Positions 59,301-64,000 of a stretch of DNA of 64,000 nt are shown here, piece after piece. Numbering within the stretch: the first letter of the stretch is position 1; each line of letters opens with the position of its first letter. The position numbers and the translations under genes were made by a program. The notes beneath the pieces are model-generated. The model was not told the DNA's origin. It saw nothing but the letters and a program-made list of their open reading frames with translations, and did not search any database. Source of the DNA: Setoptus koraiensis (Eukaryota; Animalia; Arthropoda); NCBI GenBank assembly GCA_048013815.1, contig CM106586.1, positions 4,526,001-4,590,000 of the forward strand, given 5' to 3'.

Positions 59301-62300
59301 TACGGAGATGGGTCGAAGCCATATGAGAGGAGAGGTAGCAGTGCTAAGCAACCTCCACCATCTAGTGGAAGAAAAAATTCGAAATCGGATGAGCGAGATC
59401 CGTCTGACATGACCAAGACACTGCCAGAGGACGATCGCACTGATGAGTTTGACAATAGTCGAAGCCCAACTGGTAATAAGCCCGTGAATCCCATTGACAG
59501 ATCTAGAAGTGTCTCACCTGGAAAGAACGACCCCTCACAAGATGATGAAAAAGTTTATCCCGATGAAGGGGATGATCTGATGGATGATTCAGGTACAGAG
59601 CGAAATCCAGTTTATGATATGGATGATGAATCATCGGATGAGGCCAACGAAGCTCGGCCTAGATCTGATCCAGATGAAAGTGATAGTCGAATCAACAAAC
59701 CAGATCACGATGAGAAACGTAACGATGCAGACCCGAGTGGCGATCAATACGATGGACCAGACTTTGTGGATTCCGATAGTGATCCAAATGATAGTGATGA
59801 TGACGAAACTAGGTCGTCACCAGATATGTACCAGCAGAGAAAGGATGCTCCCTCACGGGGGGCGCCTGATGAGCCAGATTATGAAATTCCTCAGCCTGTT
59901 GATACAAATAGTTCAAGGAGCAAATCACCTTCAAGAAATGTTGAACCATCAGGTGGTGGCAAGGTTCCTAGAAGGAACTCAGCAGAAACCCGTCCCTCCA
60001 CAGATCGCTACAGCAGCCAATCGCCGCAGAAAACCGGAAGATCTGACCCAGGCGATTCCGCTATCGATAACAAAGATGAGGCGTACAGTGGCGACGCATT
60101 GCCCCACAGTGGTCGCTATGTCCCCAAAGGCAATCCAAGTGATTCCAAAGAACCGTCAATACCAAGAAAAAAATCCAACGCCTCTCCCCATATTGATAGT
60201 TCCGGTGAGGATAAACCATCAGGGGGTAAATTTTATCCAGTAGAGTTGTCTGGATTGAGAGGTCCATCTCGCGAAAGGTCAAAACCTCATCGAGATAGTG
60301 AACCTCACTCAGGCGATGAGAACAGTAACGAAGAAGACAACCAAGAAGTGCCAGAGTCTGTTGAACCCAATATTGAGAAAGAAGCTATATTTAGTCCAAC
60401 GAAAGAAGATCCTCACGCGAAAAAAGATCCGAAGCGAAATAAGGCTGAGACTTCTCAATCCGATACGGATAAAAGTCCGTCTCGCAAAAACAGCAACGGA
60501 AATAGGGCACCAAAACCTGATTTGCGCCCTAAAGAACAGTCTGAAAACTACTCAGATGAGGATCCATCTGAGGAAGGTCGGCAAGCACAAGATGACCCGT
60601 TGAAAGAAAAGAGGCGATCACCATCTCGCAAAAATAGCGACGGAAATAGAGCACCAAAACCTGATCTGCACCCTAAAGAACAGTCTGAAAACTACTCAGA
60701 TGAGGATCCATCTGAGGAAGGTCGGCAAGCACAAGATGACCCGTTGAAAGAAAAGAGGCGATCACCATCTCGCGTCGATTCTTCCAGAAGAAACGATGAT
60801 TCACAACCCGAAGAACCGTCCGAAAACTATTCAAACGAAGAGGATCCATCTGGAAAGGATGGATACTCGCCAGATGATCCTTTAGATGAAGAGAGGCGAT
60901 CACCATCTCGCGTCGATTCTTCCAGAAGAAACGATGATCCAAACAGTTCTCGACGCGGTTCTTCCGATTCGAGGGGATCTGACACGGATAAGGGTCCATC
61001 TCGCAAAAATAGCGACGAGGAAGGTCGGCACGCACAAGATGACCCGTTGAAAGAGAAGGGGCGATCACCATCTCGCAAAAATAGCGACGGAAATAGAGCA
61101 TCGAAAACTGATTCGCACCCCGAAGAACCGTCCGAAAACTATTCTAACGAGGATCCTTCCGAGGAAGATCGGCACGCACAAGACGATCCGTTGGAAGAAA
61201 AGAGGCGATCACCATCTCGCATCGATTCTTCCAATAGAAAGAACGATCCAAACAGTTCAGCTTCTGATCCGACAAAATCTGGTGGTTCTCACAGACCATT
61301 CGGAAAATCCGAGCAAAGTCGGCCGAATCCATTAGAGTTAGATGAAGGGCCAGGCATAAGCTTCAAAGATGATAACGAGGATGATCCGCTCGAGTCGGAT
61401 GCAATTCGGCCACACCAACCCATCGACGATGATCCAGATGATGAGATATATTCTCGTGATCTGAAAGAAAGCGAACCTGCTGACAAATTTGATGATCCTC
61501 GGGAGGATAATGCCAACGAACCAAGTCAGCCGGTAGACAATGACAAAATGAAGGAAATAGATCGTAACGAGTCCAAACATTCTGAAGACAATGATGATCC
61601 TTATATGAATAATGAAGATGGACAAAATGACGAGAAAAACAGCCCCTCGAACAAGAGGCCGATTGTTCCTCGTGAAAATAAAGACCGAGACACTGGTAAG
61701 AGTGGCCAGGCGCATGATCCGACTGATCTATCAAGTTCCAAAAAGAGGGTCCCCAACCAATCAACTTCCGATCAGAAACGTAACTTGGATAACTCTGGAA
61801 ATGTTGACGATCCAGAGACGACCAACGAAAGACCTCAATCGGATCCGGACGGCACGGCGAAAGACCTCTTAAATGATGATGATACGGACGGTATAAATAT
61901 CAACTTTAAAGAGGACGATGATGAGCCCATCGATGATAACAAACTGAAGGAAGATGATCTTCCCTACGATGATGCTCAAGATGAGGATCCCATGGAACAA
62001 TTCAAGTTGAGATTACTGGACGAACCCGGCGATGAATATACTAAGGATAATCACGACGAAGGAAATATTGCAAATGATCCCATCGATGACGAAGAAAGTT
62101 TGTTAAAGAAACCGGGGCGAGATTTCCTAGATGATGATGATGATTTTGATGATATCTCTCCAAGTGACGACGAGGACAGTTTTCATTCAGTAAACGCGGA
62201 CGATCCGTTTAGTGATCCCGATGATATGCAACTACCAGATTTAGATGAGGATATTGATGATGAGAGTGGTGAGAAATATCCAGAGTTTGACAATTCATCG

Positions 62301-64000
62301 AATGAACATGAACAAAATAAGGAACAACCTGAAAAATCACAGAGTGACCCCAAGAGAGAAGAGTCACAAAGTGGTCCCGATAAGTTCGGAACCGAGGCTG
62401 ATCCAAAAAAAGAAAATCCAAATCAATCTGATTCTTCCGCTTCTGGACAGCGAGATGGCAAGGCCAATCGTATCGACAAGAATTCTGAAAATGATGATAG
62501 TAGCAGCCCAGTGAAAGATTCCCACAAAAACAGTGCTAATGAAGATGGTGAAAACGATGAAAAGCCAAGTTCTCTAGAGTCCAACGAATCAATACCAATT
62601 GTCATGCATGATGATGATGGAAGTGAGCATTCACCTTCAGAAGGTGTTAAAGGCCATCCAAGAATAAGTAAAGATGACCCATTCCGTAGAGCATCCGAAC
62701 AAAGGGAACCGAGGCGCGTATTAGATGATAAATCTAAATCAAAACCTCACGCAATCATTTACGAGGAGGACAAGCCTTCGGAAGGCATATCATCGGACAC
62801 TGCAAACGAACCAAATTTGGATGATGATCAGGTATTCTTGGACGACCCTAATGACAAAATATCATCAGAAATTGACCCACACCAAGAGAAGACCAACGAG
62901 GAAGGTGATTTCCCAGCAGGTAACAATGATTCTGATCCATCAAGTTCCAAAAAAATGGTTCCCAACCGATCAACTTCCGATCAGAAACGTAACTCTGAAA
63001 ATGTTGACAATCCAGAGACAACCAACGAAAGGTCTCAATCGGATCCGGACGGCAAGGCGAAAGACCTCTTCGATGATGAAGATACGGACGGTATAAATAT
63101 CAACTTCAAAGAGGACGATGATGAGCCCATCAATGATAACAAACTAAAGGAAGATGATCTTCCCTTTGACGCTGATCTCGAACCCTCTATCAGTCCCGAG
63201 CCGAAAATATCGTCGGACGTGTTACCACCTTCGCCCCATGATAATGGACCTAGATCTGGTGAAACAGTTGGTGGTGGAGAGAGCAATGAGCCACCAGTGA
63301 AATTCACTGATCCCGATGAAGATGCAGAATTAGATGATGCGTTGGATCCAAGCTTGGTCGACGATCAATTATTTGCTGATGATCCAAGGTCGAAATTGCA
63401 AGACAACCATCCTCTCAGTCCTAAAGAGATAGATGGAAAACAGAATAAGGACGATACGACGAGTGAGCATCCTTCGAAACACGATGAAAGGCGACCATCG
63501 GCCGATAAATCATCCAAGCCAGGTAGTGATAATCTGCATCCCCACTCGAGCGACCAAGAGTTAGATGGGGATGGCAATTCATCGTTGTCTGGTGGGGAAG
63601 AAGATCCTTGGACGAAGGGTGGAGATGAAGATGAAAAGTTTCCGTTGCTGGATGACAGTGTCAGTGATGATTATGAGCCAGAGTCTGAAAAAAATAAAAA
63701 TTCAGAAAATATTCCTAACACGGCCAACGCTGATCGTCCAAGCGCTGAGGAAGATCCCGAAAAGTTAGAGATAAAATTTGTCGATCCTGAAGATGATGAT
63801 ATCATAAATCCCGATTCGAATAGATCTCTCGAACCAGATATGAATGATGATCAAGAATTTGTGGATAAGTCGCAACCGAGTCCCAAAAATGACGGCCTCT
63901 CTGACGGTGAAACAGAACGTGAATCTGTCTTGAACTCTCCGGAAGCTAAAAATTCTGGAAATAAAGAAAAAAATGATGGAGGCTATTCCCCCGTCGATAA
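56313..64000 (+). CDS. very large intrinsically disordered S/D/E/R/K/P-rich protein with internal repeats; 3'-incomplete; unknown family
   Basis: Codons start at positions divisible by 3. The frame reads as sense protein at the start (ATG 56313, or acceptor aattacag| at 56340), in spot checks, and at the window end. It is absent from the ORF track, consistent with no stop before the window end; the listed + ORFs over this span are all in another frame. More than 2,550 codons. Confidence 0.85.
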   Translation, partial: MSHLTIKITASPYRQSPQFGSSAASAISDGNMPDNFGISSGRPLIRSGNGGPVSPYEVNNYYPSQPQSLQSRQAPTMPSGIPTYGGRPYLTSGRPAVATPTYANYAPFNSAPSPGAAVTGQGNQFPRNARPNNRPAMQSRIPKLSAVNQFDADANKNFQSPINSRTMDGRAIEEPLNHSAPMRPEIPSRNVKPTSRISPAARNMDRQRMPIDRRAQPSKPTKGPQGPRPQRGSVSMNDVPTKQRQMPDSNELTSEQRYSQDPPKPKHEDAHEFGKSDHSHRTNSDRQPNSRQRSNNGYEHNAPKRGSTASLLDKETNGGDQQVERGDQTSDARSRSSSKPSASNHKAERSATNSERHNTDKRSNEKHSNSSDNSTDKHSSKIDQHRKNSSSDSKSHNANEERSNQRQSGKSDKSDSKNGQYSESTKLNNSRDTDSLDGKHRQSDRSGAGGPGSMGRDSESQSQSLDRENTDINDRSYLSDSNENFDLDVQQQTRNDSEQHNSNEKTSSTKDKHRSQSHDRKRESKSDRKKDHRASSDESARKSRSTSRENAEIHRTDSDLDDRKQTTKNSEHRNSNEKNSSRTDKHRSQSDDRKRESNSDRKKEHRASSDESARKSNSSRRENAEMYRSDSDFDAKRQTTKDSEKHNSNEKKSSRTDKHRSQSDDRKRESKSDRKKEHRASSDESARKSSSTERENAEMRRSNSLDNRKDRRDSKETKRQSSRAASLDRRDSNKRADDSFDDEYDSASDESNRESHDRQDRGRESAVSSEKNNKFNSENRSSKNGQSRRDSSSSDSSDRQSQDSQSAVIDDFSRSARGSRDRTRKRNLDRSLVNKEKHRSDKSNRNLTDVRSNKNAKERLDKQRRHEKSSSTDRSRQRDNDTSQMSNSSDSKQEYKNRSLKDNQQQSSETRRDKHSRKDNNSLDSRNSDSSKKDTADENNVSHNKKSFNNLEDDFTREPDNSDSEMSSENSNNLQPPMNNQVENDDYSFDPSPSSTYGDGSKPYERRGSSAKQPPPSSGRKNSKSDERDPSDMTKTLPEDDRTDEFDNSRSPTGNKPVNPIDRSRSVSPGKNDPSQDDEKVYPDEGDDLMDDSGTERNPVYDMDDESSDEANEARPRSDPDESDSRINKPDHDEKRNDADPSGDQYDGPDFVDSDSDPNDSDDDETRSSPDMYQQRKDAPSRGAPDEPDYEIPQPVDTNSSRSKSPSRNVEPSGGGKVPRRNSAETRPSTDRYSSQSPQKTGRSDPGDSAIDNKDEAYSGDALPHSGRYVPKGNPSDSKEPSIPRKKSNASPHIDSSGEDKPSGGKFYPVELSGLRGPSRERSKPHRDSEPHSGDENSNEEDNQEVPESVEPNIEKEAIFSPTKEDPHAKKDPKRNKAETSQSDTDKSPSRKNSNGNRAPKPDLRPKEQSENYSDEDPSEEGRQAQDDPLKEKRRSPSRKNSDGNRAPKPDLHPKEQSENYSDEDPSEEGRQAQDDPLKEKRRSPSRVDSSRRNDDSQPEEPSENYSNEEDPSGKDGYSPDDPLDEERRSPSRVDSSRRNDDPNSSRRGSSDSRGSDTDKGPSRKNSDEEGRHAQDDPLKEKGRSPSRKNSDGNRASKTDSHPEEPSENYSNEDPSEEDRHAQDDPLEEKRRSPSRIDSSNRKNDPNSSASDPTKSGGSHRPFGKSEQSRPNPLELDEGPGISFKDDNEDDPLESDAIRPHQPIDDDPDDEIYSRDLKESEPADKFDDPREDNANEPSQPVDNDKMKEIDRNESKHSEDNDDPYMNNEDGQNDEKNSPSNKRPIVPRENKDRDTGKSGQAHDPTDLSSSKKRVPNQSTSDQKRNLDNSGNVDDPETTNERPQSDPDGTAKDLLNDDDTDGININFKEDDDEPIDDNKLKEDDLPYDDAQDEDPMEQFKLRLLDEPGDEYTKDNHDEGNIANDPIDDEESLLKKPGRDFLDDDDDFDDISPSDDEDSFHSVNADDPFSDPDDMQLPDLDEDIDDESGEKYPEFDNSSNEHEQNKEQPEKSQSDPKREESQSGPDKFGTEADPKKENPNQSDSSASGQRDGKANRIDKNSENDDSSSPVKDSHKNSANEDGENDEKPSSLESNESIPIVMHDDDGSEHSPSEGVKGHPRISKDDPFRRASEQREPRRVLDDKSKSKPHAIIYEEDKPSEGISSDTANEPNLDDDQVFLDDPNDKISSEIDPHQEKTNEEGDFPAGNNDSDPSSSKKMVPNRSTSDQKRNSENVDNPETTNERSQSDPDGKAKDLFDDEDTDGININFKEDDDEPINDNKLKEDDLPFDADLEPSISPEPKISSDVLPPSPHDNGPRSGETVGGGESNEPPVKFTDPDEDAELDDALDPSLVDDQLFADDPRSKLQDNHPLSPKEIDGKQNKDDTTSEHPSKHDERRPSADKSSKPGSDNLHPHSSDQELDGDGNSSLSGGEEDPWTKGGDEDEKFPLLDDSVSDDYEPESEKNKNSENIPNTANADRPSAEEDPEKLEIKFVDPEDDDIINPDSNRSLEPDMNDDQEFVDKSQPSPKNDGLSDGETERESVLNSPEAKNSGNKEKNDGGYSPVD

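Noticed and set aside
56368-63768. Many medium ORFs on both strands over the last 7.6 kb (e.g. 57604-58812)
   Set aside because: They are shadow frames of the single long ORF in the third + frame.

Overview
Eukaryotic genomic DNA. It is probably from an acariform mite; that is an inference from the cytosolic, bacterial-type UGT and the compact housekeeping genes. The window has two sharply different halves. (1) 1-~41.5 kb is microsatellite- and minisatellite-rich and largely non-coding. It carries a minus-strand prospero/PROX gene with four exons visible (12554-10876, 10737-10659, 2733-2668, 1710-1531), a ~7.9 kb intron inside the homeo-Prospero domain, and an unresolved 5' end. Almost all ORF-track entries in this half are repeat artefacts. 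(2) ~41.5-64 kb is AT-richer, nearly microsatellite-free and gene-dense. It contains two near-identical NOP53 copies, one intact and one truncated ZNF622/Rei1, a 5-exon phenylalanine hydroxylase, an intronless bacterial-type UDP-glycosyltransferase, a DDX31/Dbp7 half-helicase with its DEAD box changed to ADAH plus a 7-aa repeat, a probable WDR18/Ipi3 pseudogene, a mosaic remnant of a further copy of the block, and a >2,550-codon disordered-protein ORF that runs off the window end. Most notable: up to four pre-60S ribosome-assembly factors sit in two head-to-head pairs around a horizontally acquired-type UGT, and the block has been repeatedly duplicated and has decayed unevenly. No database searches were run; family calls rest on motifs recognised by eye.
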